A stretch of 53,444 bases of DNA from a virus (lineage: Duplodnaviria > Caudoviricetes), in IMG/VR virus record IMGVR_UViG_3300007609_000025, positions 1 through 53,444 of that record; one strand, written 5' to 3'. Below the pieces are notes generated by a model, which made no database searches, was not told where the DNA came from, and was given only the letters and a program-made list of their open reading frames with translations. Below are positions 36,901 through 43,007 of the stretch, one piece after another; within the stretch, counting starts at the first letter, position 1; every line of letters begins with the position of its first letter. Both the position numbers and the translations under genes were made by a program.

Positions 36901-39895
36901 TAATTACTTAGAAGTAATAGGTAGAGCTACTTTTGCTGCTAAAGATGTTATAAATGTTGCAAAGAGCACTTTTTATGGGCAAGACTTAATATCTATTCAA
37001 CCAGTAAACCTAACTTCTGATAGCTTATTTACTGTTAATACTCCTACAGCGCTACCAGGAGCCTCTTTCTTTTCTATAAGTGCGCCTACTGCTCTGCCTG
37101 CTGCAGCATATATAGGGGTTGATGAGAATGAAAAACTTGAGTACAGGTTCGATCAAATACTTAACATTATTGGAGATCCTGTACCTATAGCACTAAATGA
37201 TGTTTTTTCAAACTTTAGTTATAGAGAGGGATTTGCTTGGACTAAGTACGCATTAGCAGTAGAAGACGTTGTAGATTTAACTGTATTAACTACTAGCGGA
37301 TTAGTAGATAAACCAATTCTTTCTGTTAGCGATCTTATCGGTAACTATGCTTTTGGTGAATTAAAGTTAGAAGATAAAATAGATATTGACTATGATAGTC
37401 TATTTAACCCTATAGTGCAAAAAAATTCTGACTTCTACACATGGTTTATCAAAGATAAGTTATCCACTACGTTTGCAGATTGGTTCTATATGAATGAAGC
37501 TACTAAACTTGATCTAGGGGACTTGGTTAATAATACTGTACCTTTAGATTATAGAGAAGTATTTGATTGGAACAATACAACTAAGATTAAACCTGCTGAG
37601 TGGGAGCAAGTATTCTCCTTTGACGCTACTAGAAAAATAACTGTAAGAGTATATGATATAATGGTTATCGAACCTGCAAGTTATGATGCAGATACCCTTA
37701 TAAACCTTAATAAAAGTACTGTTGATGTGTCTCAATTAATTACTATAGGCCGTAAAATGAACCGCACTGCAGGTTCACTTATTGACATAACACAGCCTCT
37801 TAGAGTAAGTGCAAGTAACTTATTAGAAATAGTCTCTCCGCTACTAGTTGACCTAAATGAAGGAGTAACATTTGAAAAAGCTGTAGTAGACGGTTCTGAG
37901 ATATTTACTCCTGTAGCCTCTGAGCTGTCTGGTATTAACTTTTTTAACCCAACTCAGTTTTCTATTACAGGAGCTGCGTTCTTTACCCCTATAGCAACTG
38001 CTATAGACGCTAACGATTTGTTTAATATAAGTAAAAAAGTACCTATAGATGTTACGGCTACATTTGAATCTGATTTTATGAAGATGGTAGATGCTATAAA
38101 TGTCTTTAAAACCGAAGCAATACCTTACTTAAAAACAATAAATGATAGTTTAAATGATCAACCAAACGACAATGCTTTAGCATTATATGACCAAATTTGG
38201 GATTACTATCAGAACACATTTTTAAAGAGCTACTATGACCAATGGACTCCTAAAATAGCTAAGCTTGCTGATATAGCCAAATCAGTATCTTCCAGTGTGG
38301 ACCTTCAAAAAGAAATTAGGACCACTCTAAATGCTATATGGAATTGGCTTCAGGTATTTTTAGAGCCTAAAATAAAAAGTATAGACAGTTCTTTAGATAG
38401 TATTGACAATAAGTTAACTGACACAAATAACTTTTTAGAAAGTATTGACAATAAGGTAACTGACCTAAATAACTTTTTAGAAAGTATTGACAATAAGTTA
38501 ACTGATACAAATAACTTTTTAGAGACTATAGACAGTTCTTTAGATAGTATGGACGATAAGTTAACTGACACAAATAACTTTTTAGAGACCATAGACAGTT
38601 CTTTAGACAGTATGGACGATAAGTTAACTGACACAAATGGCTTTTTAGATACCATAGACAGTTCTTTAGATAGTATGGACGATAAGTTAACTGACGCAAA
38701 TGGCTTTTTAGATAATATAAAAGGGGTACTAGATTCTATAGAGCTTCATATGTTTAACATCGAAGGTAATACTGCTTGGTTAGACGATATTGAAAAAGTA
38801 TTACGTGAGTCCATATTCTTAAAAGCTCTTGGCGACTTACAAGATATAAATAAAGTTAGGTATACTTATCCAGGAGCTACTACTACTTATGTGCCTGGAT
38901 ACAAGACAGGAGGCATGGTAGACGGCCCCGGTACTGGAACTAGTGACTCTATACCTGCTAGACTTTCAAAAGGCGAATTTGTATTAACTGCTAATACTGT
39001 TTCTAAGCTTGGACCAGAATTTTTAAATACATTAAATACTACTGGAAGGCTAGACTCTGCCCTATCCACTTTCGGGATACGCGGAGATACGCAGATGGCC
39101 CATATTAATGATACAGAAGCTAATTTACTAAAAAGTATTGGAGGCTCAGGCACGACTAATTCTGCTACAGGACTAAAACAGTACTTTTTTGATGGATATA
39201 GAAATATCTTAGGAGAAACAGCTGCTTCTGCTTATTCTTCAGGGTTTAATGCTATTGCTAACACTAATATAGGGTTTGAAGCTTACAGACCAGAAAGAGT
39301 AAGTTCTAACTCTAACTGGGATACAGCGAACTATGCACCTAATAGTTTTGCTAAACAGGCTATTGTTTATGCAGCACAATATATTGCAGCTTCTAGAAAC
39401 GGAAAAAACTGGGGCGTTGGAGATGCAGCCTCAGCAGTAGGAGATCTATGGTTTGAGTATGACAGACCTAATAGAGTTCAGTTTAATAGGGGTAATAGAT
39501 TTAATAACTCATCTCCTTCTACTAGTAATTGGGACTCTATAATAAATAGGGTAAAAGGCCTATATCCTGCTTTTGCTAACGGAGGTATTGTTTCAGGACC
39601 TGGAAATGGTACTAGCGACTCTATTTTGGCTATGCTATCTGACGGAGAGTATATTGTTAGAAATTCTTCTGTTGACAATGTGGGGGTAGATACGTTAGAC
39701 TATATTAATAATAATGGGGCTCTACCTACAGGCGACACTAACATTGAAGTCAACATAATAAACAAAGGTCAGCCAGTAGAAACTGAGACGCAACCTGAAG
39801 TTAAAATAGTAAACGGCAAAATGGTGGTAGATGTAGTACTTAAAGACTTAAGAACTAATGGCCCTATAAAACGTAGCATAAAGAAGATTAAATAA
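24992..39895 (+). CDS. Giant tape measure protein (4967 aa) with lysozyme-like domain
   Basis: Follows the chaperones; T5 pb2-like N-terminus (ASRALGRNLSDAFERVVRGSAKLEPELLDELGI); coiled coils, hydrophobic/Gly-zipper segments, GG.V.GPG...SDSI.A.LS.GE motifs; TTG start. Confidence 0.9.
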   Translation: MANANSNININVKAKGAQRSAKDVNAVADALGKLGVRSDKASTSTDGLSRSQTRLGQASAASGRQFSSQAAGLGGLVGAYAGAAATIFALQQAFSALNKAAQVENIVRGTQTLAAEVGESGNKIIKSIQEITDSQLTLGEAAEKANLALSTGFSTKQIEGLAFVANQASRALGRNLSDAFERVVRGSAKLEPELLDELGIFTRLDPAVRKYAKEINKSVNELTEFERRQAFVNEVIEEGTRKFSAIDTSAPSAQKSLEKLSTALINIGTQVGGLLANTLAPLADFFSKDITGALSIFGIVAAQVSRVGFRELSGAAQGVNTRLSSFRANLLESGSQSDAARFTLSALNKTLMDQESIIAKGTKKQKEVAASIFAIGKQGKLSASDLEDFSRVTKEQIKLQKESQAFAANEIKALQAKGVTTTAAKNKLADYKDAIVASTAAQAKLNRSLALSETALATVSSSARRTSASITILTGAVKTATAVINVFSRVISGVFIFTALLPVIESLIGVFPKLEAQITNIKNAFLDARDAQKSYETGIRSLSNTAGISGISKEYETLGRSAREAAATQEEVLTFLTKIGKVELPAISSVIAGIKGVSVQAVDANNAVANLQGGLSLLAIAGVGVAAVALKTFAVPMGAVIAGVAGLALGVEALIAKFTSYTPVVAGFFEKVLSFVGVGATALTTTEAQIASVEGKIEELKSSLADAKTLDEYLGIRQFIDSLESALPLIADGSIAIRQFAAELSKSTGLNIEDISRNLVESSDGVLTINNIAVGLRNAQGQIQKTTGAAKDLLETSIGFSTVFLNASSELTNFNVSSRELIQTVESLASAEVNLRDKLKGVSSELAVIAREEEEAVRARDALIKSIEGTDYSSVEAQRLINLDDRTKELNLQRRQLEATRREVEAQLKVDEDRLAILKNIGDELNKQEKTYEKILQSISAEIKAFEDVNLQGVFDMESLTSAETSFGVAANKIKNLSSTLSKDLNNITQDFERVFGPDSIFNLEEPFDKANESITEFLARMQGSINITPELSAELRKAENASNQLDSSAKGVLGTFILQIKALEALKKEVARTVRDINLDELRTAINAEISIIQQARSNRQTTASLAKEERDLSLQILDANLRTTEEKTNQLINTLNTNRELLNIQESMLGSQLEISKAKIEASKIELDNAKSLLELGNRGIQNSKINKDLKELFDIVNDVVGAGIDVATAEKESEQVAIEIANLDKLAALDKQRFAIEREVIAERSAQADLQNKMELARIKIDSDSRVKALEERKNQIAEDRRILELRDELQKEERKAADEDKKLQLETLNKRVEEANRLISGMKNFVSEYGIENDDFLSRYSAELRNFITQLAGLINSIGTIGNLGSGQAVVASQGARPVGPDDGFRGSNGSVTNNFENVSIEGLSPSDSSSIVDGILKTIRQRESSNRYNVTNYAWGEGSTASGAYQFTRGTWAREAAKAGVGTEYRDAMSAPASVQDAVAESYVRDILTRGGGRLESVPTEWYTGNLQGNMSAEALRVNRGLTSEQYNTGWMRDFEKINGSLTATTANLQDASDSLKRNAQIQQNTQTALSSLENDRLNAAESSLDRQIALEKQRGNAAASASEAAAAGQSAQIQNESRLLDKREEANSAQRQAEEANNKNRERAVQLEEKLARVRLAQATFEGLSRFGNLLQRVTAGVAEERQARAQESYNESLEAHEEKLERVKEARDRESEAVTASMDILRDRREIERSMLDSIAAGIDGYSDYFKLQKEYLDNIDETSNSTESLKLIQQDRLLAEQEGYLAQVRLEFSANALAEANSKLERAQNSVVNELGSMISSLGDAGQKLVSFTTFVQGLAAAASQGVSGGGILGTIGQLFGFDFSNIFKSILAPLDLLTSTLTGSFKSSAAAVSSVAEGAVKAQGALSGVSKVLSGLGSIVSTAFAGASLGAMTGGSTVEAQIGGALGSVVGASIAAAVSGTAFGSALGSFLGPIGTVLGGLLGGWIGGLLGGGSSKYTTAEFNIATDRVSAGGAQGNALEPIAQYAKSLNTLLEDIIGVSNRARSFDVLLRTREGDIRQQELSTTINGSQIRRGVNFNDAESVSKTTFELLLKGFTTAAFDVRQAIGRLDFSDDIEKNLEKISFAASFREIINNIQDQITSSYITLDQEVDKIAATTAANINQVTNGLVADFQDLITRTIDVFGENSYRVGQLESYGSSLLLSYAGLAVSAGGAVSIIEREAEDMNNLALVFASIEGETRGFRDSLIQLGTSASEADRILETGIALKIQKVAKDFEEAIDKAVNLSKNINNEVYDSLEEIFKAQSLLVQDARLVQSTVSGTFGIISKTENLIYRQRMRLIAESSDEQLIAIRALTAVTAEYSDAVTQATAQAEIASRTLLGLFNTSEIQKSARRSESRLSFNFASVGLASGGVVPGTNAQQNKDSVPAMLMPGEFVINKKSSEKIGYDTLYSLNSGNFNQMAAGGRVETGLSGGALTTTATPSNTRSSFAAYEFDGTAAFISFAEAANILTDANEELYDQYLNIFRSINSNLVPALEFTQDKLTEGNILLARAAFEYSTGVRDAVSVTDSLNKIIAETRTQEVLRQAGLVASIDEIGNFVDASDSFFLSLQSPKDSLVEQSGLYKELYTATNELNKLLAQGSITTDQYNSSIDALNTAYTASIELVREYNEFFIDLNDSLDDTGALSNVRALVATYVNSIDRVSYAVQDGIIATEDAYKKEIQVNTLYNQRRLALVQDSTEEQLKVLRDAATTAEDYGGGIGTIVDFTYSVGAATELLTRQLQAASESFASFETSLVDFYNSTLQASTGFGSRLTRSVESIFLEAGIIFEESLSEFFGSVGNFAVKAQQGLIGLNDLETALGQLNYQLTVSESINIETYKTGVSILQTSFIDFVSTFQDMREELDSAKDSMESFRSSLYDSFNSVVRDITRLLEGMVSTYRTNFENLKGLFNSAVSDQASAEEELYNTLFDAQKAFAAAGGNLSQHVDRINDIVQGLDPQYTGYAGLDQYLTDLKLDIESGTAAIGSIDTTTPISELRNSLEDQLQRLSELQALPDSADKFVKISRALSTITDLESQISGTTNTTDSLKEAALALVGVEKELNLNNTTEGLRNVDLTLTEIQEDLLKRAVDARDAYNDANSVLDGYNAALADNTVYIDGLADATLNVNQKIELFTDKLASVSDEFANVQAAIDSVTTANLSDALSNIVFSQDAYNIAVEPFSNSAEVLEQLTASIAEYQNIVDAKTAYEELYGAIDIASNTLPLEEFQELNTELQFLENNLTSILQAMDPTAMGLDSLETVFKTFVTDAIALLETPIQLDIVEPSLNTDLQQYTLNTTSTESNQVAFGTSATNSLLQSILTDGLGVRSPGYLYYNNLYLEDIRKILSELLVVSGGVVPALNDIAAPVAGESSVSSGTSTVYAGPNVSNLSGLTGQLFSVTEPIAKPADYFYIVVPQIIRFDQLIDIVKAELDIYDFATIVKVSHTIDTWIDIVKRTTNFDEWLDVVKRNTTFNEWLNIVKIDTKFTDWVTIVKQDHDYRTWFNQPTPLDTNYLKWFIPKPENTSWGMWFSAPTLTETGFADWFTWPPTTKWETSGYDWFDISRREIRYIDFFDVREKIDINTFVASIPVTAETFFNISTMTTTFDDWFYISPKAGIGFYDFFTGLVTVDTKASDWFVLDSPIDLVPSDLYTVSSPVELSAYSLFKPKVENIEASALYSIQSPLLLNPNEVLAINELAKLPLSYVDIFELGTTRLEITDMFENYSVNGGFDFVRARIDSSDIFDIEAFRQSGFESKLKIDPSDLFTEVDNNWWVPEKTVGITPDTFFSPLTGVAPYDFFFVEPTLLATNFYDWFDAADKIDISNVFELFQPIPLDLRNAFDLSNTREPLAPSQVFTLSPNPTVVQASQVFSIGAKYRLQGNEILEFIPYEILASEFIDFSYLRSNPYQVTAIDLFTLLGTVPVNLFNYLEVIGRATFAAKDVINVAKSTFYGQDLISIQPVNLTSDSLFTVNTPTALPGASFFSISAPTALPAAAYIGVDENEKLEYRFDQILNIIGDPVPIALNDVFSNFSYREGFAWTKYALAVEDVVDLTVLTTSGLVDKPILSVSDLIGNYAFGELKLEDKIDIDYDSLFNPIVQKNSDFYTWFIKDKLSTTFADWFYMNEATKLDLGDLVNNTVPLDYREVFDWNNTTKIKPAEWEQVFSFDATRKITVRVYDIMVIEPASYDADTLINLNKSTVDVSQLITIGRKMNRTAGSLIDITQPLRVSASNLLEIVSPLLVDLNEGVTFEKAVVDGSEIFTPVASELSGINFFNPTQFSITGAAFFTPIATAIDANDLFNISKKVPIDVTATFESDFMKMVDAINVFKTEAIPYLKTINDSLNDQPNDNALALYDQIWDYYQNTFLKSYYDQWTPKIAKLADIAKSVSSSVDLQKEIRTTLNAIWNWLQVFLEPKIKSIDSSLDSIDNKLTDTNNFLESIDNKVTDLNNFLESIDNKLTDTNNFLETIDSSLDSMDDKLTDTNNFLETIDSSLDSMDDKLTDTNGFLDTIDSSLDSMDDKLTDANGFLDNIKGVLDSIELHMFNIEGNTAWLDDIEKVLRESIFLKALGDLQDINKVRYTYPGATTTYVPGYKTGGMVDGPGTGTSDSIPARLSKGEFVLTANTVSKLGPEFLNTLNTTGRLDSALSTFGIRGDTQMAHINDTEANLLKSIGGSGTTNSATGLKQYFFDGYRNILGETAASAYSSGFNAIANTNIGFEAYRPERVSSNSNWDTANYAPNSFAKQAIVYAAQYIAASRNGKNWGVGDAASAVGDLWFEYDRPNRVQFNRGNRFNNSSPSTSNWDSIINRVKGLYPAFANGGIVSGPGNGTSDSILAMLSDGEYIVRNSSVDNVGVDTLDYINNNGALPTGDTNIEVNIINKGQPVETETQPEVKIVNGKMVVDVVLKDLRTNGPIKRSIKKIK
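38381..38716 (+). repeat. Intragenic tandem repeats of 42 and 63 nt in the TMP
   Basis: Six K(L/V)TD units: (IDSSLDS)(I/M)D(N/D)KLTDTNNFLE; DNA copies are nearly identical. Confidence 0.92.
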
Positions 39896-40266
39896 TGGCA
39901 ATATACCCCACAGACGCTGCAATGAGTGATAGACAACCCGATAGGGGCTACTCTATAAGTAAAAGAACTAATAGTACTAGATTTAGTACTACTTTAGGGT
40001 ACGAAAAAACTAAATTACTAACTAGAAGGCAGCTTAGGACTTTTACTTTTACTTATAGTAATATAGATGATACTGCAAAAGATAATATAGAAAATTTTTA
40101 CGCTGCTAGAGGTGGAGATTTTGAATCATTTGTTTTAGAGCTGTCTCACTTCAATCTTAGCGGCACTACTCTCGTTAGGTTTGGGGGAGATTTAGTAATA
40201 GATCATGTAATATCAGGTAATGATATAAACTACTATACCATAACATTAACGTTGGTGGAGGCATAA
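39895..40266 (+). CDS. Distal tail protein (lambda gpM-like)
   Basis: 123 aa directly after the TMP; RTFTFTY...IENFY.ARGG.FESF. Confidence 0.7.
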   Translation: MAIYPTDAAMSDRQPDRGYSISKRTNSTRFSTTLGYEKTKLLTRRQLRTFTFTYSNIDDTAKDNIENFYAARGGDFESFVLELSHFNLSGTTLVRFGGDLVIDHVISGNDINYYTITLTLVEA

Positions 40267-42063
40267 ATGTCTTCTAGACTGTACGATTTTACTTTAACAC
40301 TTGCTAATACTTCTTCTCTAGAGGCAGGTATGTCTATATATGGAACCTCTTCTAATGCTTTAGGAGAAGTAATCTCAGTTACTGGTAGTAATGCAAAAGT
40401 AAAAGTTAGTAATGTTTCTCATTACTTTCAAGTTGGAGAGACTATACTATCTAATAGCAGTAGCGTAGATATCACCTATGAATCTCAAAGATATACAAGT
40501 ACCCCCGTAGTAATATTTTCTAATACCTACTCTATAGACGGCACTACAAACACTTTTTCATTGCCAGTATCAGCGGACTATAAGTCTGAAATTCAAATAT
40601 ATGCTGATAATATATTAGTGCCTCAAAGTTTATATGAGTTTCCTAGTACTGCTTTAGACAATCTAGGTGTAGACTTTAACTTAGCTCAGATTGCTACTTT
40701 TCCTGCAGCTAATGACACTGCAGTAATAACTGAGGCACTATTTCCTGATACTTCTATAACCTCTTTAGACTTAGTAGTTGCTAGAGGACTATCGAATGTT
40801 AACTCTTTTATAGCTTCTGCTACGCCAAAAGAGCAAACTAATATATTAACAACAACTGTATCTGATATTACCCCCTCAAACTATATTGCAGTAAATAACA
40901 GTTTTGAGCAAGAGCCTATAGTTAGACTGTACTCTATATATTATCCTGGCAATTGGTACCCTCCTACTGCTAATGGCAATCCTAATGACTCTTCTTTAGG
41001 TAGCGCGTGGCCTTACCCTTTTCCTTTACGTTATGCTCAGATTTTTGGAGAAGATTTTAACATACCTAACTATAGTATTACTTTCGCCAATAATAGTTAT
41101 AGAGCATTTCCTATAAACTACCCTGGTATTAGTATATCTTCTGATGGCAGTGTAGGAGAGCTAAGTTTAGAGCTTAGTAGTATTGATTTTACTATTGTGT
41201 CTTTAATAGAGAATCCTAACCTAATAGGTTATAATAATACTTCTTCTGTTTCTGCATATGTAAACGGGGACTTAGTTACTAATATTGATCCTCGAACAGT
41301 GCCTGGAAATGCCTTATTTGATTCTAGTATTGTAGATCTTAGAGGTGGTCAGAATATTGCTTTTGATTATGATACTACTATTTCTTTAGGAGAAGAGTGG
41401 GTAAGTACTCTAAAAGATTCTAGAGACCTACTAGGCGCTGTAGTAGAAATAAAAACTATATTTGCGTCTATGTTACAATTTTGGCCTGAGTACTCTAGGA
41501 TTGTTTCTATATCTGATAATATAATTACTTTAGATAGTAGTGCTGTATATAGAGTAGGAGATGTTGTTAAAGCAAATAGTACTAGCGATGAAAAAACAAT
41601 AGCCGCAGTATACCAAGACAATAGAATTAAGTTACAAGAAAGTGACTACTCTAGCGCTACCATAGGCGACTCTTTATTTATAGTTAATCAAAATGCAGAT
41701 GAAAATGCCTATGTTGAGAATAAATTCATTATTACTAAGATGAACAGCTATGATGATAATACAGTAAATTTCAACTTGTCAAATAGAACTACTAACCTTC
41801 TTGACACGCTACCTAAGCGTAAATTTTATAGAGGAACTTGTCCTTGGCAATATAAAGGCACTGAATGTAAATACCCTGCTTCTGGTTCTGGTACTATACC
41901 TAGCACCTTTCCTGAAAAAACTGCTAATGGGTACTTTACAGCTAATAATGCAGAAACACAAGATCCTAAGCTAGATGTCTGCTCTAAAAGTCTAAGTGCG
42001 TGTAGACTAAGAAATAACAGCCAAAACTTTGGTGGATTTATAGGTGTTAGTGATGAGATTTGA
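40267..42063 (+). CDS. Tail tip protein, lambda gpL-like, enlarged
   Basis: Y.AFPI..PGI.I.SDG; DLLGAVV; LPKRKF...CPWQYKGTEC...CSKSLSAC.LR...NFGGF.G four-Cys motif. Confidence 0.8.
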   Translation: MSSRLYDFTLTLANTSSLEAGMSIYGTSSNALGEVISVTGSNAKVKVSNVSHYFQVGETILSNSSSVDITYESQRYTSTPVVIFSNTYSIDGTTNTFSLPVSADYKSEIQIYADNILVPQSLYEFPSTALDNLGVDFNLAQIATFPAANDTAVITEALFPDTSITSLDLVVARGLSNVNSFIASATPKEQTNILTTTVSDITPSNYIAVNNSFEQEPIVRLYSIYYPGNWYPPTANGNPNDSSLGSAWPYPFPLRYAQIFGEDFNIPNYSITFANNSYRAFPINYPGISISSDGSVGELSLELSSIDFTIVSLIENPNLIGYNNTSSVSAYVNGDLVTNIDPRTVPGNALFDSSIVDLRGGQNIAFDYDTTISLGEEWVSTLKDSRDLLGAVVEIKTIFASMLQFWPEYSRIVSISDNIITLDSSAVYRVGDVVKANSTSDEKTIAAVYQDNRIKLQESDYSSATIGDSLFIVNQNADENAYVENKFIITKMNSYDDNTVNFNLSNRTTNLLDTLPKRKFYRGTCPWQYKGTECKYPASGSGTIPSTFPEKTANGYFTANNAETQDPKLDVCSKSLSACRLRNNSQNFGGFIGVSDEI

Positions 42064-42424
42064 AGAATTAAAAGACACTATGGGTAAATATTCTCAAAGC
42101 CAATACCCTTATGAAGCTTGTGGTATCATAACTAAGTCATTTAACTTTGTGCCGTCTAAGAACATAAGTAAGAGGCCTAAACATAGCTTTATGTTAGATC
42201 CTATACTCATGCTAGATTATGATAAAGATATATGGGGCATATTTCACTCTCACACAGACGATAGGTTTGTAGAGCCTAGCTCTGAAGATTTAAAAATGTG
42301 CGTCTATACAAACTTAAAATTTATACTTGGAATTAATAATAAATTTTATATATACTGGTACGATATAGATAAGGATATAAAAAGATATGAATACTTCAAA
42401 GAAAGTCACTGTAAAAATCTCTGA
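42053..42424 (+). CDS. JAB/MPN-domain tail assembly protein (gpK-like, JAB only)
   Basis: PYEACG...IFHSH......PS..D; ATG 42053 follows AGGTG. Confidence 0.8.
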   Translation: MRFEELKDTMGKYSQSQYPYEACGIITKSFNFVPSKNISKRPKHSFMLDPILMLDYDKDIWGIFHSHTDDRFVEPSSEDLKMCVYTNLKFILGINNKFYIYWYDIDKDIKRYEYFKESHCKNL

Positions 42425-43007
42425 GCCTTTGCTTCAGTTTTTTGAGGTAGAGGAAATAGTGATATTTGCTAGTGACTATAGTGACATAATATCTTGCCTA
42501 CTAAACCAATTTCCTTATTTTTATAAATTTTATACTTCTATAGACTCTAAGAGTAAATTCCAGGACATATGCCTAATAGAAGACAGACGCCCTATTAACA
42601 GCTCCTTATACTCTAAAAAGTTAACCAAAGATACTGAGGTATTTTTAGCTCCCTTAATATTCGGTAATCAAATGTCTTACTCAGAATACTACTCTGAGTT
42701 ATCTTCTAGTTTTATATACCCCTTATTTGGGTTATCTACTGCAAGCTATGAAACTTCAGACTTTGAAGGGCTAAATAAAAGAATAATTGACTCTTCTTTA
42801 TTCGGTAATGCCGAGCAAATATATGATGTAAATATACGAACGCAAAACGACTCTTTTGGTGCTTTACGAATAAATAATAATGCTAACTTGCCTGTACCTA
42901 TAATATACGGTATGACAAGAGCTTCAGGCACTATAATAAATACCTATATTAAAAGTTATAGAGCGGACCCAGATATATTTAGCGTTAAAGACGTAATGGT
43001 AAAATGA
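42387..43007 (+). CDS. Tail assembly protein, gpI-like
   Basis: Position; ubiquitin-like N-terminal pattern ending VFLAPLIFG; SFG...N...PVPIIYG. Confidence 0.7.
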   Translation: MNTSKKVTVKISEPLLQFFEVEEIVIFASDYSDIISCLLNQFPYFYKFYTSIDSKSKFQDICLIEDRRPINSSLYSKKLTKDTEVFLAPLIFGNQMSYSEYYSELSSSFIYPLFGLSTASYETSDFEGLNKRIIDSSLFGNAEQIYDVNIRTQNDSFGALRINNNANLPVPIIYGMTRASGTIINTYIKSYRADPDIFSVKDVMVK

